Part shown: positions 1 to 13,300 of the stretch, one piece after another | Layout: each line of letters starts with the position of its first letter | How positions within the stretch are numbered: the first letter of the stretch is position 1 | Origin: Escherichia coli | GTDB taxonomy: Bacteria > Pseudomonadota > Gammaproteobacteria > Enterobacterales > Enterobacteriaceae | Assembly (NCBI RefSeq): GCF_003018255.1 | Contig: NZ_CP027440.1 | Strand: one strand, 5' to 3' | Length of the DNA: 64,000 nt | The notes under the pieces: generated by a model | The model's database searches: none | Told to the model about the DNA's origin: nothing | Seen by the model: the letters and a program-made list of their open reading frames with translations, nothing else | Translations under genes and position numbers: made by a program

Positions 1-495
1 AAAACCCAGTTTGAAAAAGAAAAACTGGCTCAGGATCGCATTAAAACGAAAAATCAACTTGATGCAAACATTCAGCGCCTCAATTATTCACTCGACATTG
101 CCAACGCGGCAGGAATTAAAAAGCCCGTTTACAGTAATGGTCAGGCCGTTAAAGATGACCCCGATTTCTCTATTTCTCTCGGCGCAGACGGTATTGAACG
201 CAAACTGGAAATTGAAAAAGCGGTTACTGACGTTGCGGAACTGAACGGTGAATTACGTAATCGTCAGTATCTTGTTGAGCAGTTAACAAAAGCAAATATC
301 AACGATGTGAATTTTACGCCGTTTAAATATCAGTTAAGCCCGTCATTGCCAGTGAAAAAAGACGGTCCGGGTAAGGCGATTATTGTGATCCTTTCTGCGA
401 TGATCGGCGGGATGGTGGCTTGTGGTGGCGTGCTGTTGCGCTATGCGATGGCATCCAGAAAACAGGATGCCATGATAGCAGACCACTTAGTTTAA
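1..495 (+). CDS. fepE: FepE (Wzz-like chain-length regulator family), 3' portion only; 5' end lies upstream of the window
   Basis: Frame 1 is open from nt 1 to the stop at 493-495; C-terminal peptide ...ILSAMIGGMVACGGVLLRYAMASRKQDAMIADHLV with terminal TM segment; sits upstream of fepC as in the ent/fep cluster. Confidence 0.85.
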   Translation, partial: KTQFEKEKLAQDRIKTKNQLDANIQRLNYSLDIANAAGIKKPVYSNGQAVKDDPDFSISLGADGIERKLEIEKAVTDVAELNGELRNRQYLVEQLTKANINDVNFTPFKYQLSPSLPVKKDGPGKAIIVILSAMIGGMVACGGVLLRYAMASRKQDAMIADHLV

Positions 496-1307
496 CTATT
501 TGCGGTTGAAGGTGCCGTTCGTCCGAGCGGCACCACGAGCGGCGTTCCGGCAACCGGGTCGTCAATAATCATGCAGCGCAGACCATAAATGCGCTCGATC
601 AATTCAGCAGTGACAATCTCTTTCGGCGCTCCCTGAGCAACAATTTTCCCTTCCCGCAATGCAATCAAATGGCTGGCGTAACGACAGGCCTGATTAAGAT
701 CGTGCAGCACCGCCGCCAGGGTATAGCCTTTCTCGCGGTTCAGTTCGCTTAACAGTTCCAGGAGATCAATCTGATGACTGATATCCAGCCAGGTCGTGGG
801 TTCATCGAGCAGCATAATTGCCGTTTCCTGGGCCAGCACCATCGCGATCCACGCTCTCTGGCGTTGCCCACCGGAGAGGGTATCCACGCTTTGATCCGCC
901 AGATGGGTGATTCCCGTGGCCTGCATCGCTTTTGTGACGGCCTCTTCATCTTCTTTGCGCCAGCGGGTAAACAGCGGTTGATGCGGGTAACGCCCACGCG
1001 CCACCAGCTCCTGCACGGTGATATCTCCCGGCGTGGTGGCGTTTTGCGCCAACAGGCCAATCCGGCGGGCAACTTCTTTACTGGCGTAATGTTGAATGTG
1101 CTCACCATCCAGCCAGACATGCCCGTGAGCAGGCGTCATCAGGCGGCTTAAGGTACGCAGTAACGTGGATTTACCGCAGCCATTTGGCCCGATAATTGCC
1201 GTGAAGTGACCATCAGGTATTTCTACAGTCAGATTTTCCGCAACGGTATATTTGCCATATCCGAGGGTTAACTGTTCGCCACGCAAACGGGCTACTGATT
1301 CGGTCAT
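492..1307 (-). CDS. fepC: Ferric enterobactin ABC transporter ATPase
   Basis: 271-aa product starting MTESVARLRG; Walker A GPNGCGKST and ABC signature LSGGQRQR visible; track ORF (318 aa) extends 47 codons upstream, trimmed to recalled start. Confidence 0.93.
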   Translation of the reverse strand: MTESVARLRGEQLTLGYGKYTVAENLTVEIPDGHFTAIIGPNGCGKSTLLRTLSRLMTPAHGHVWLDGEHIQHYASKEVARRIGLLAQNATTPGDITVQELVARGRYPHQPLFTRWRKEDEEAVTKAMQATGITHLADQSVDTLSGGQRQRAWIAMVLAQETAIMLLDEPTTWLDISHQIDLLELLSELNREKGYTLAAVLHDLNQACRYASHLIALREGKIVAQGAPKEIVTAELIERIYGLRCMIIDDPVAGTPLVVPLGRTAPSTANS

Positions 1308-2296
1308 TTTTTGCGAGACTCCTGAATTAACAAGACGATAAGGTAAATACCGCCGAGGCTGACGGTAACGACGCCAACCGGAAGTTGATACGGCATAAAC
1401 AGTTGTTGGGCGCAGAGATCGGCCGCCAGCAGTAACAACGCCCCGCACAGCGCCGCCTGGGTCAGCCCCCAGCGAGCGGTGCCGCTAATGCGTCGGGCAA
1501 TGTGCGGCGCGACTAAAGCAATAAAGGAAATCGGCCCGGCAAGCGCTGTTGCCGCAGCGGTAAGCACCACTGCAACCAGCATCATTAACAGACGCGAACG
1601 TTCGACGCTGACGCCCAGCGCACACGCGGTATCATCGCCCATTTCCAGCAAGCGCATCCGGCGTACCAGTAAGGCGGCGGCAATTAGCATCAATATAATG
1701 ATGGGTGCGGAAGGCGAGGTTTTTGCCCACGTCAGGCCGTTGAGCGATCCGGCATTCCACAAACCTGCTGTTAGCGCCGTTTCTAAAGACGCTTTCAGCA
1801 ACAGCCAGGTATTAAAGGCCACCAGCATGGCGCGAACGCCGATGCCGATAATAATCAACCGAAAGGTGTCGATGCCGTTACGCCAGGCGAGCAGCCAGAC
1901 CAGCAGCGAGGTGACAATACCCCCCGCCATTGCTGCCAGCGCGATAGCCGTCAGATCCTGACCAAACAGCACCATCGCCACCAGTACGCCGCTCCATGCC
2001 CCGGTGTTAAAGCCCATTACGTCAGGGCTGCCGAGCGGGTTACGCATCAGCGACTGAAAAATCGCGCCGCTGACGCCCAGCGCCGCGCCAATCAACAGCG
2101 CCATCAGCACGCGTGGTAAACGCCATTCGGTGACCACCATCGTCATACTGCGCGGCGCATCGCCCATCAGCGCGGCGAATACCTGCGAGGTTTCCAGCGT
2201 GATGGCACCGCTGCGTAATCCCCAGATACCTGCAACCACACAGGCGGAAACCAGCAGCAAACAGGTGATAATTAATCGGCGAGAGACGTAAATCAT
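1304..2296 (-). CDS. fepG: Ferric enterobactin ABC transporter permease
   Basis: 330-aa polytopic membrane ORF; 4-nt overlap with fepC start; FecCD-type permease. Confidence 0.93.
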   Translation of the reverse strand: MIYVSRRLIITCLLLVSACVVAGIWGLRSGAITLETSQVFAALMGDAPRSMTMVVTEWRLPRVLMALLIGAALGVSGAIFQSLMRNPLGSPDVMGFNTGAWSGVLVAMVLFGQDLTAIALAAMAGGIVTSLLVWLLAWRNGIDTFRLIIIGIGVRAMLVAFNTWLLLKASLETALTAGLWNAGSLNGLTWAKTSPSAPIIILMLIAAALLVRRMRLLEMGDDTACALGVSVERSRLLMMLVAVVLTAAATALAGPISFIALVAPHIARRISGTARWGLTQAALCGALLLLAADLCAQQLFMPYQLPVGVVTVSLGGIYLIVLLIQESRKK

Positions 2297-3297
2297 GCGC
2301 CACCTCGCGTTTTACGTCGCACGAGGAAGATCAGCACCGGTGCACCAATAAACGCACTGACCACGGAAACTCGCAGTTCGCCGGGCACAATCACCCGCCC
2401 GATGATATCGGCAAACAGCAGCAGGGCAGGGGTGGCAAGTAGCGTGACGGGCAGCGACCAGCGATGATCTGCTCCAACCAACCAACGCGCCATATGCGGC
2501 ATCATCAGGCCAATAAAGGCAATCGGGCCAACTACCGCCGTCGCACTACCACAAAGCACGGTAATCGCCAGCAGACCAATCAACTGTGTGCGCGCCACGC
2601 GGCTGCCCAGCGCTGTCGCGGTGTCACTGCCGAGGCTTAAACTGTTCAGCGCGCGGCTCAGTAATAGCGCGGTTGCTCCGGCGATCAGCACCGGGATCAG
2701 CACAACTTTTAAGGTATATAGATTGCGAATATCCAGCGAACCGGCTTGCCAGAAACGCAGTTGATCGTAGACGTCAGGATTAAGCAGGGCGATGCCGCTG
2801 GTCAGCCCTTCCAGCACCGCCGCCAGCGCCACGCCCGCCAGGGTTAAACGCACCGGACTTAACTGCCCGCCGCCCTGGCTGCCGGTAAAGGCAACAATCA
2901 ACGAGGCCACCAGCGCCCCGGCGAAGGCCATCGCCAGTTGTTCCTGCGCGGATGAGTAACCAAACAGCGCCGCACCCAGCACAATGGCAAAGCTGGCTCC
3001 GGCGTTTACGCCAAGCAAGCCGGGGTCGGCAAGTGGGTTTCGGGTGAGGGTTTGCATTAACGCCCCGGCAAGCCCAAGCGCGCCGCCTGCCAGTAAACCG
3101 GCAAGGGTGCGCGGCAGCCGCGCGTCGAGCACGATGGTGCAGTCGGCGCTCTGGCAGGTGCCGGAGAGGGCCTCCAGCACTACGGAAGCGGGGAGTGATT
3201 TTGCCCCAATGAGCAGGCTTAATGCCGTCGCGATAATCAGTAATAACAGCAATCCGGGCACGGCAATGGCGCGTGTCACGGCAACAGAACCAGACAT
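2293..3297 (-). CDS. fepD: Ferric enterobactin ABC transporter permease
   Basis: Track ORF 338 aa (start 3309); recalled FepD starts MSGSVAVTRAIAV (334 aa), giving start 3297; 4-nt overlap with fepG; alternative start 3309 not excluded. Confidence 0.9.
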   Translation of the reverse strand: MSGSVAVTRAIAVPGLLLLLIIATALSLLIGAKSLPASVVLEALSGTCQSADCTIVLDARLPRTLAGLLAGGALGLAGALMQTLTRNPLADPGLLGVNAGASFAIVLGAALFGYSSAQEQLAMAFAGALVASLIVAFTGSQGGGQLSPVRLTLAGVALAAVLEGLTSGIALLNPDVYDQLRFWQAGSLDIRNLYTLKVVLIPVLIAGATALLLSRALNSLSLGSDTATALGSRVARTQLIGLLAITVLCGSATAVVGPIAFIGLMMPHMARWLVGADHRWSLPVTLLATPALLLFADIIGRVIVPGELRVSVVSAFIGAPVLIFLVRRKTRGGA

Positions 3298-3309
3298 ACG
3301 AACTTCCAT

Positions 3310-3328
3310 GATAATGAAATTAATTATC
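3310..3328. promoter_or_regulatory. Fur box in the divergent fepDGC / entS promoter region
   Basis: GATAATGAAATTAATTATC matches the 19-bp Fur consensus GATAATGATAATCATTATC at 16 of 19 positions; lies in the 98-110 nt spacer between fepD and entS. Confidence 0.65.
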
Positions 3329-3407
3329 GTTATCGATCTTATTTGGATATGTTAGCATGTGCAGCCTAAGAATAGGTATTTAAAATATTTGATGGCAAGG
3401 CATTGTA

Positions 3408-4658
3408 ATGAATAAACAATCCTGGCTGCTTAACCTCAGCCTGTTGAAAACGCACCCGGCGTTTCGCGCAGTATTCCTCGCTCGTTTTATCTCAATTGTG
3501 TCTCTGGGTTTGCTCGGCGTCGCGGTACCGGTGCAGATCCAGATAATGACGCATTCTACCTGGCAGGTGGGGCTTTCGGTGACGCTGACCGGCGGCGCGA
3601 TGTTTGTTGGCCTGATGGTCGGCGGTGTGCTGGCGGATCGCTATGAGCGCAAAAAAGTGATTTTGCTGGCGCGCGGCACCTGTGGCATTGGCTTCATTGG
3701 ACTGTGCCTTAATGCACTGCTGCCGGAGCCGTCATTGCTGGCAATCTATTTACTTGGTTTATGGGATGGTTTTTTCGCATCACTTGGCGTTACGGCGCTA
3801 CTGGCGGCGACACCAGCACTGGTAGGGCGTGAAAACTTAATGCAGGCCGGGGCGATCACCATGTTGACCGTGCGTCTGGGATCGGTGATTTCGCCCATGA
3901 TTGGCGGTTTACTGCTGGCGACTGGCGGTGTGGCCTGGAACTACGGGCTGGCGGCGGCGGGCACGTTTATTACCTTGCTACCGTTGTTAAGCCTTCCGGC
4001 GTTACCACCACCACCGCAGCCGCGTGAGCATCCGTTGAAATCATTACTGGCAGGATTTCGTTTTCTGCTCGCCAGCCCGCTGGTAGGAGGGATTGCGCTG
4101 TTGGGTGGTTTATTGACGATGGCGAGCGCGGTGCGGGTACTGTATCCGGCGCTGGCTGACAACTGGCAGATGTCGGCGGCACAGATTGGTTTTCTCTATG
4201 CGGCGATCCCGCTCGGCGCGGCTATTGGCGCGTTAACCAGCGGGAAGCTGGCACATAGCGCGCGACCAGGGTTATTGATGCTGCTCTCCACGCTGGGATC
4301 GTTCCTCGCCATTGGGCTGTTTGGCCTGATGCCGATGTGGATTTTAGGCGTGATTTGTCTGGCGCTATTCGGCTGGCTGAGCGCGGTCAGCTCGTTGCTG
4401 CAATACACAATGCTGCAAACGCAAACCCCGGAAGCGATGTTAGGGCGGATTAACGGTTTGTGGACGGCGCAAAACGTGACGGGCGATGCCATAGGCGCGG
4501 CGCTGTTAGGCGGTCTGGGAGCGATGATGACACCGGTTGCTTCCGCAAGCGCGAGCGGTTTTGGTTTGTTGATTATCGGCGTGTTGTTATTGCTGGTGCT
4601 GGTGGAGTTGCGGCGTTTTCGCCAGACGCCGCCGCAGGTGACAGCGTCCGACAGTTAA
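3408..4658 (+). CDS. entS: Enterobactin exporter, MFS family
   Basis: 416-aa polytopic ORF divergent from fepD with a Fur box between them; matches recalled EntS (YbdA). Confidence 0.93.
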   Translation: MNKQSWLLNLSLLKTHPAFRAVFLARFISIVSLGLLGVAVPVQIQIMTHSTWQVGLSVTLTGGAMFVGLMVGGVLADRYERKKVILLARGTCGIGFIGLCLNALLPEPSLLAIYLLGLWDGFFASLGVTALLAATPALVGRENLMQAGAITMLTVRLGSVISPMIGGLLLATGGVAWNYGLAAAGTFITLLPLLSLPALPPPPQPREHPLKSLLAGFRFLLASPLVGGIALLGGLLTMASAVRVLYPALADNWQMSAAQIGFLYAAIPLGAAIGALTSGKLAHSARPGLLMLLSTLGSFLAIGLFGLMPMWILGVICLALFGWLSAVSSLLQYTMLQTQTPEAMLGRINGLWTAQNVTGDAIGAALLGGLGAMMTPVASASASGFGLLIIGVLLLLVLVELRRFRQTPPQVTASDS

Positions 4659-4661
4659 TGC

Positions 4662-5618
4662 TTAAAACAGCGCCTTAAGTCGTTCCAGCACTTGCATGGC
4701 GCTGTAGTAATCCAGTCGGAACGTCTCGGTTCCCAGCGCATAAACCTGCTTGTTTTGTACTGCAGGCAGGTGCGCGAGCAGCGGATTGGCATAAATCGCA
4801 TCGGCATCTTTCTGATCACCGGCGAACAGGAATAGTGACTCGCCATTTAACCCTGCAGCCAGATTTTCCCCACCAAGCTGAATGATGTCATGGCGTTTAC
4901 CCTGGCTTTGGCTGGCATTTAACCCTGCGGGTAACTTCGCCAGCGTAAAGCCGAGTTGTTCCAGCATCTGCCCTTGTGCTGATTCCGGCGTCCAGAGATT
5001 GGCACTGTGTGCAGCGGCAGTATAGACAATGGCAGTGACCGGCTGCGGCGGTAATTTGATTTGCTCTTTCGCCGCCGCCAGTTGCTTATCAAACTGCGCA
5101 ATCCGCTCTGCCGCTTGTTTCTCATGCCCGGTAATTTCGCCAAGTTGCGTTAACAGCGCCTGCCAGCTTTTGTCGTCGTAATTGATGATTAATGTCGGGG
5201 CGATGGTGGAAAGCTGATCATACAGCGCCAGCGCCGAATCACCGCCGGTTGCGCTAATTAAAATCAGATCCGGCATTTGCGCGGCAACGGCTTCGGCGCT
5301 CGGTTCGCCGATATAGAGCCGTTGCAGTTTGCGTTCTTTCGCCACCTTGCTCCACTGGCGTAAAAAGCCCTGGTCATCCGCTACGCGGTTATTCGGCGTG
5401 GTCGCGCCGCTGGCGATCACCGGAGCATCAATCGCCAGCAGTGAGCCGGTCAGGGTGACGCTGGTGGAAACAATACGCTGCGGCTGGCTTTCTAGGGTAT
5501 GAGTGCCCCGGCTGTCAGTAATCTGACGCGGCCAGTCGGCAGCCTGAACTGCGGCTATTCCTGAAAGCAAAAGTCCTGTTAATAGAAGGGCGTTGCGGTA
5601 GAGCGGGGCGAGTCTCAC
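4662..5618 (-). CDS. fepB: Periplasmic ferric enterobactin binding protein
   Basis: 318-aa ORF with N-terminal signal peptide (..[10 protein letters not shown]); convergent with entS, divergent from entC. Confidence 0.93.
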   Translation of the reverse strand: MRLAPLYRNALLLTGLLLSGIAAVQAADWPRQITDSRGTHTLESQPQRIVSTSVTLTGSLLAIDAPVIASGATTPNNRVADDQGFLRQWSKVAKERKLQRLYIGEPSAEAVAAQMPDLILISATGGDSALALYDQLSTIAPTLIINYDDKSWQALLTQLGEITGHEKQAAERIAQFDKQLAAAKEQIKLPPQPVTAIVYTAAAHSANLWTPESAQGQMLEQLGFTLAKLPAGLNASQSQGKRHDIIQLGGENLAAGLNGESLFLFAGDQKDADAIYANPLLAHLPAVQNKQVYALGTETFRLDYYSAMQVLERLKALF

Positions 5619-5761
5619 AAGTCAGCTTCCTGTTATTAATGAAGTTAATGCTTCTCATTTTCATTGTAACCACAACCAGATGCAACCCCGAGTTGCAGAT
5701 TGCGTTACCTCAAGAGTTGACATAGTGCGCGTTTGCTTTTAGGTTAGCGACCGAAAATATA

Positions 5762-5782
5762 AATGATAATCATTATTAAAGC
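5762..5782. promoter_or_regulatory. Fur box in the divergent fepB / entCEBAH promoter region
   Basis: aaatGATAATCATTATtaaag contains the consensus core GATAATCATTAT exactly; ~25 nt upstream of the entC ATG. Confidence 0.7.
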
Positions 5783-5806
5783 CTTTATCATTTTGTGGAG
5801 GATGAT

Positions 5807-6982
<1,176 letters not shown>

Positions 6983-6991
6983 GGAGCGAGG

Positions 6992-8602
6992 ATGAGCATT
7001 CCATTTACCCGCTGGCCGGAAGAGTTTGCCCGTCGCTATCGGGAAAAAGGCTACTGGCAGGATTTGCCGCTGACCGACATTCTGACGCGACATGCTGCGA
7101 GTGACAGCATCGCGGTTATCGACGGCGAGCGGCAGTTGAGTTACCGGGAGCTGAATCAGGCGGCGGATAACCTCGCGTGTAGTTTACGCCGTCAGGGCAT
7201 TAAACCTGGTGAAACCGCGCTGGTACAACTGGGTAACGTCGCTGAACTTTACATTACCTTTTTCGCGCTGCTGAAACTGGGCGTTGCGCCGGTGCTGGCG
7301 CTGTTCAGCCATCAGCGTAGTGAACTGAACGCCTATGCCAGCCAGATTGAACCGGCGTTACTGATTGCCGATCGCCAACATGCGCTGTTTAGCGGGGATG
7401 ATTTTCTCAACACATTTGTTGCAGAGCATTCTTCCATTCGCGTGGTGCAACTGCACAACGACAGCGGTGAGCATAACTTGCAGGATGCGATTAACCATCC
7501 GGCTGGGGATTTTACTGCCACACCGTCACCTGCTGATGAAGTGGCCTATTTCCAGCTTTCCGGCGGCACCACCGGCACTCCGAAACTGATCCCGCGCACT
7601 CATAACGACTACTACTACAGCGTGCGTCGTAGCGTCGAGATTTGTCAGTTCACACAACAGACGCGCTACCTGTGCGCGATTCCGGCGGCTCATAACTACG
7701 CCATGAGTTCGCCGGGATCGTTGGGGGTATTTCTCGCTGGCGGCACTGTCGTTCTGGCTGCCGACCCCAGCGCCACGCTTTGCTTCCCATTGATTGAAAA
7801 ACATCAGGTCAACGTTACCGCGCTGGTGCCGCCCGCAGTCAGCCTGTGGTTGCAGGCACTGGCTGAAGGCGAAAGCCGGGCGCAGCTTGCCTCGCTGAAA
7901 CTGTTACAGGTCGGTGGTGCACGTCTTTCTGCCACGCTTGCGGCGCGTATTCCCGCAGAGATTGGCTGCCAGTTACAGCAGGTATTCGGCATGGCGGAAG
8001 GACTAGTGAACTACACCCGACTTGATGATAGCGCGGAGAAAATTATCCATACCCAGGGTTACCCAATGTGTCCGGACGATGAAGTGTGGGTTGCCGATGC
8101 CGAAGGAAATCCACTGCCGCAAGGGGAAGTTGGACGCCTGATGACCCGCGGTCCGTATACCTTCCGTGGCTATTACAAAAGCCCGCAGCACAATGCCAGC
8201 GCCTTTGATGCCAACGGTTTTTACTGTTCCGGCGATCTGATCTCTATTGATCCAGAGGGTTACATCACTGTGCAGGGGCGCGAGAAAGATCAGATCAACC
8301 GTGGCGGCGAGAAGATCGCTGCCGAAGAGATCGAAAACCTGCTGCTGCGCCATCCGGCGGTGATCTACGCCGCACTGGTGAGCATGGAAGATGAGCTGAT
8401 GGGCGAAAAAAGCTGTGCTTATCTGGTGGTAAAAGAGCCGCTGCGCGCGGTGCAGGTGCGTCGTTTCCTGCGTGAACAGGGTATTGCCGAATTTAAATTA
8501 CCGGATCGCGTGGAGTGTGTAGATTCACTTCCGCTGACGGCGGTCGGGAAAGTCGATAAAAAACAATTACGTCAGTGGCTGGCGTCACGCGCATCAGCCT
8601 GA
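6992..8602 (+). CDS. entE: 2,3-dihydroxybenzoate-AMP ligase
   Basis: 536-aa adenylate-forming enzyme; AMP-binding motif [10 protein letters not shown] present. Confidence 0.95.
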   Translation: MSIPFTRWPEEFARRYREKGYWQDLPLTDILTRHAASDSIAVIDGERQLSYRELNQAADNLACSLRRQGIKPGETALVQLGNVAELYITFFALLKLGVAPVLALFSHQRSELNAYASQIEPALLIADRQHALFSGDDFLNTFVAEHSSIRVVQLHNDSGEHNLQDAINHPAGDFTATPSPADEVAYFQLSGGTTGTPKLIPRTHNDYYYSVRRSVEICQFTQQTRYLCAIPAAHNYAMSSPGSLGVFLAGGTVVLAADPSATLCFPLIEKHQVNVTALVPPAVSLWLQALAEGESRAQLASLKLLQVGGARLSATLAARIPAEIGCQLQQVFGMAEGLVNYTRLDDSAEKIIHTQGYPMCPDDEVWVADAEGNPLPQGEVGRLMTRGPYTFRGYYKSPQHNASAFDANGFYCSGDLISIDPEGYITVQGREKDQINRGGEKIAAEEIENLLLRHPAVIYAALVSMEDELMGEKSCAYLVVKEPLRAVQVRRFLREQGIAEFKLPDRVECVDSLPLTAVGKVDKKQLRQWLASRASA

Positions 8603-8615
8603 AGGAGAGAACACG

Positions 8616-9472
8616 ATGGCTATTCCAAAATTACAGGCTTACGCACTGCCGGAGTCTCACGATATTCCGCAGAATAAAGTCGACTGGGCCTTTGAACCGC
8701 AACGTGCCGCGTTGTTAATCCATGATATGCAGGACTATTTTGTCAGCTTCTGGGGCGAGAACTGCCCGATGATGGAGCAGGTGATCGCGAATATTGCGGC
8801 ACTACGCGACTACTGCAAACAGCACAATATCCCGGTTTATTACACCGCCCAGCCGAAAGAGCAGAGCGATGAAGATCGGGCGCTGTTGAATGATATGTGG
8901 GGGCCAGGCCTGACCCGTTCGCCGGAACAGCAAAAGGTGGTGGATCGCCTGACGCCAGATGCCGACGACACGGTGCTGGTGAAGTGGCGCTACAGCGCGT
9001 TTCATCGTTCCCCGCTGGAGCAAATGCTCAAAGAGAGTGGACGTAACCAGCTGATTATTACCGGGGTATATGCCCACATTGGCTGTATGACCACCGCAAC
9101 GGACGCATTTATGCGCGATATTAAACCGTTTATGGTGGCGGATGCGCTGGCCGATTTCAGCCGTGACGAGCATTTGATGTCGCTGAAATATGTGGCCGGA
9201 CGTTCTGGTCGGGTGGTGATGACCGAAGAATTGCTGCCAGCACCTATCCCCGCCAGCAAAGCGGCGCTGCGTGAGGTGATCCTGCCGTTGCTGGACGAGT
9301 CCGATGAACCGTTCGATGACGACAACCTGATCGACTACGGTCTGGATTCGGTGCGGATGATGGCGCTGGCGGCGCGCTGGCGCAAAGTGCATGGCGATAT
9401 CGACTTTGTCATGCTGGCGAAAAACCCGACCATCGACGCCTGGTGGAAGCTACTTTCCCGCGAGGTGAAATA

Positions 9473-9473
<1 letters not shown>
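8616..9473 (+). CDS. entB: Isochorismatase / aryl carrier protein
   Basis: 285-aa ORF; isochorismatase domain followed by carrier domain with GLDSV phosphopantetheine site. Confidence 0.95.
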
Positions 9474-10635
<1,162 letters not shown>

Positions 10636-10815
10636 ACCCGACAGAATTAAATGAGATTGCAGGAAAACTCGGTTAACGGAGTGATCGAGTTAACATTGTT
10701 AAGTTAAATATTGGTTTCAACTCCGATTTGCATGGTTGCTGTGTTGTTAAATTGTACAAAGATGTTATAGAAACAAAATGTAACATCTCTATGGACACGC
10801 ACACGGATAACAACT

Positions 10816-12921
10816 ATGAACAAATCAGGGAAATACCTCGTCTGGACAGTGCTCTCTGTAATGGGAGCATTTGCTCTGGGATACATTGCTTTAAATCGTG
10901 GGGAACAGATCAACGCGCTGTGGATTGTGGTGGCGTCGGTCTGTATCTATCTGATCGCTTACCGTTTTTATGGGCTGTATATCGCCAAAAATGTGCTGGC
11001 GGTTGACCCGACGCGTATGACGCCAGCGGTGCGCCATAACGACGGGCTGGACTATGTGCCGACGGACAAAAAAGTGCTGTTCGGTCACCATTTTGCGGCC
11101 ATTGCCGGAGCAGGTCCGTTGGTTGGGCCGGTACTGGCGGCGCAAATGGGTTACCTGCCAGGGATGATCTGGCTGCTCGCTGGGGTGGTTCTCGCCGGTG
11201 CGGTGCAGGATTTCATGGTGCTGTTTGTTTCTACGCGCCGCGATGGTCGCTCGCTGGGTGAGCTGGTCAAAGAAGAGATGGGGCCAACCGCCGGGGTGAT
11301 AGCGCTGGTGGCCTGCTTTATGATCATGGTCATTATCCTTGCCGTGCTGGCGATGATCGTGGTGAAAGCTCTGACCCATAGCCCGTGGGGAACGTATACC
11401 GTTGCGTTCACTATTCCGCTGGCGCTGTTTATGGGGATCTACCTGCGCTATCTGCGTCCGGGGCGTATTGGCGAAGTGTCGGTGATTGGCCTGGTGTTCC
11501 TGATTTTCGCCATTATCTCTGGCGGCTGGGTGGCAGAAAGTCCGACCTGGGCACCGTACTTTGACTTTACCGACGTGCAGCTGACCTGGATGCTGGTGGG
11601 TTACGGTTTTGTGGCGGCGGTGCTGCCGGTGTGGCTGCTGCTGGCTCCGCGTGACTACCTCTCAACCTTCCTGAAAATCGGGACTATCGTCGGTCTGGCG
11701 GTGGGCATTTTGATTATGCGCCCGACGCTGACCATGCCGGCACTGACCAAATTTGTTGATGGCACTGGCCCGGTATGGACCGGTAACCTGTTCCCGTTCC
11801 TGTTTATCACCATCGCCTGTGGCGCGGTGTCTGGCTTCCATGCACTGATCTCTTCCGGCACTACACCGAAGATGCTGGCGAACGAAGGGCAGGCGTGCTT
11901 TATCGGCTACGGTGGGATGTTGATGGAATCCTTCGTGGCGATTATGGCGCTGGTTTCCGCCTGTATCATCGATCCGGGTGTGTACTTCGCCATGAACAGC
12001 CCGATGGCGGTGCTGGCTCCGGCAGGGACGGCGGATGTGGTTGCTTCTGCCGCGCAGGTGGTGAGTAGCTGGGGCTTTGCGATTACCCCGGATACGCTAA
12101 ACCAGATTGCCAGCGAAGTGGGTGAACAGTCGATCATTTCCCGTGCGGGCGGTGCGCCGACCCTGGCGGTGGGGATGGCCTACATTCTGCACGGTGCGCT
12201 GGGCGGCATGATGGATGTGGCGTTCTGGTATCACTTCGCCATTCTGTTTGAAGCACTGTTTATTCTGACGGCGGTGGATGCAGGTACGCGTGCTGCGCGC
12301 TTTATGTTGCAGGATCTGCTGGGCGTGGTGTCTCCGGGCCTGAAACGGACCGATTCACTGCCTGCTAACCTGCTGGCAACGGCGCTGTGCGTGCTGGCGT
12401 GGGGCTACTTCCTGCATCAGGGCGTGGTCGATCCGCTGGGCGGTATTAACACCTTGTGGCCGCTGTTTGGTATTGCCAACCAGATGCTGGCAGGGATGGC
12501 GCTGATGCTCTGTGCTGTGGTGCTGTTCAAAATGAAACGTCAACGTTACGCCTGGGTGGCGCTGGTACCAACGGCCTGGCTGCTGATTTGTACCCTGACC
12601 GCAGGCTGGCAGAAAGCGTTTAGCCCGGATGCGAAAGTCGGCTTCCTGGCGATTGCTAACAAGTTCCAGGCAATGATCGACAGCGGCAATATTCCATCGC
12701 AGTATACTGAGTCACAGCTGGCGCAACTGGTGTTCAACAACCGTCTTGATGCCGGGTTAACCATCTTCTTTATGGTGGTCGTGGTGGTTCTGGCACTGTT
12801 CTCGATTAAGACGGCACTGGCGGCATTGAAAGAGCCGAAGCCAACGGCGAAAGAAACGCCATATGAGCCAATGCCGGAAAATGTCGAGGAGATCGTGGCG
12901 CAGGCAAAAGGCGCGCACTAA
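10816..12921 (+). CDS. cstA: Carbon starvation protein A (pyruvate/peptide transporter)
   Basis: 701-aa polytopic membrane ORF; matches recalled CstA. Confidence 0.94.
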   Translation: MNKSGKYLVWTVLSVMGAFALGYIALNRGEQINALWIVVASVCIYLIAYRFYGLYIAKNVLAVDPTRMTPAVRHNDGLDYVPTDKKVLFGHHFAAIAGAGPLVGPVLAAQMGYLPGMIWLLAGVVLAGAVQDFMVLFVSTRRDGRSLGELVKEEMGPTAGVIALVACFMIMVIILAVLAMIVVKALTHSPWGTYTVAFTIPLALFMGIYLRYLRPGRIGEVSVIGLVFLIFAIISGGWVAESPTWAPYFDFTDVQLTWMLVGYGFVAAVLPVWLLLAPRDYLSTFLKIGTIVGLAVGILIMRPTLTMPALTKFVDGTGPVWTGNLFPFLFITIACGAVSGFHALISSGTTPKMLANEGQACFIGYGGMLMESFVAIMALVSACIIDPGVYFAMNSPMAVLAPAGTADVVASAAQVVSSWGFAITPDTLNQIASEVGEQSIISRAGGAPTLAVGMAYILHGALGGMMDVAFWYHFAILFEALFILTAVDAGTRAARFMLQDLLGVVSPGLKRTDSLPANLLATALCVLAWGYFLHQGVVDPLGGINTLWPLFGIANQMLAGMALMLCAVVLFKMKRQRYAWVALVPTAWLLICTLTAGWQKAFSPDAKVGFLAIANKFQAMIDSGNIPSQYTESQLAQLVFNNRLDAGLTIFFMVVVVVLALFSIKTALAALKEPKPTAKETPYEPMPENVEEIVAQAKGAH

Positions 12922-12928
12922 AGTCAGA

Positions 12929-12971
12929 GTGAGGGGGGAATGTTGGCATAGTGCCGAGGGTTCCCCCTCAC
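12929..12971. repeat. GC-rich imperfect palindrome directly after the cstA stop
   Basis: GTGAGGGGGGAA ... 20 nt ... TTCCCCCTCAC, followed by a second G/C-tract hairpin (ccctctccccgatggggcgagggg); no T-run, so not a canonical terminator. Confidence 0.5.
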
Positions 12972-13025
12972 CCTAACCCTCTCCCCGATGGGGCGAGGGG
13001 ACTGACCGAGCGCGTTGATAGCATT

Positions 13026-13060
13026 TGTAGGCCGGATAAAGCGTTCACGCCGCATCCGGC
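13026..13060. repeat. REP (repetitive extragenic palindromic) element
   Basis: tgtaGGCCGGATAAAGCGTTCACGCCGCATCCGGCa in the cstA-ybdD spacer; matches the enterobacterial REP consensus GCCGGATGCGGCGTGAACGCnTTATCCGGCCTAC in reverse orientation. Confidence 0.75.
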
Positions 13061-13093
13061 ACTCTTTCAGCAACATGGTTAGCGGAGGCCAAG

Positions 13094-13291
13094 ATGTTTG
13101 ATTCACTGGCAAAAGCCGGAAAATATTTAGGTCAGGCGGCGAAGCTGATGATTGGTATGCCTGATTACGACAACTATGTCGAACATATGCGGGTTAACCA
13201 TCCCGATCAAACGCCGATGACCTACGAAGAGTTTTTCCGTGAGCGGCAGGACGCGCGCTACGGTGGAAAAGGCGGCGCGCGCTGCTGCTAA
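13094..13291 (+). CDS. ybdD: Small CstA-associated protein (DUF466 family)
   Basis: 65-aa [41 protein letters not shown]... downstream of cstA. Confidence 0.85.
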   Translation: MFDSLAKAGKYLGQAAKLMIGMPDYDNYVEHMRVNHPDQTPMTYEEFFRERQDARYGGKGGARCC

Positions 13292-13300
13292 ATTGGTACG

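Noticed and set aside
10636-10815. CRP binding site in the cstA promoter
   Set aside because: cstA is known to be CRP-dependent but I could not find a convincing TGTGA-N6-TCACA match by eye, so no site is annotated.
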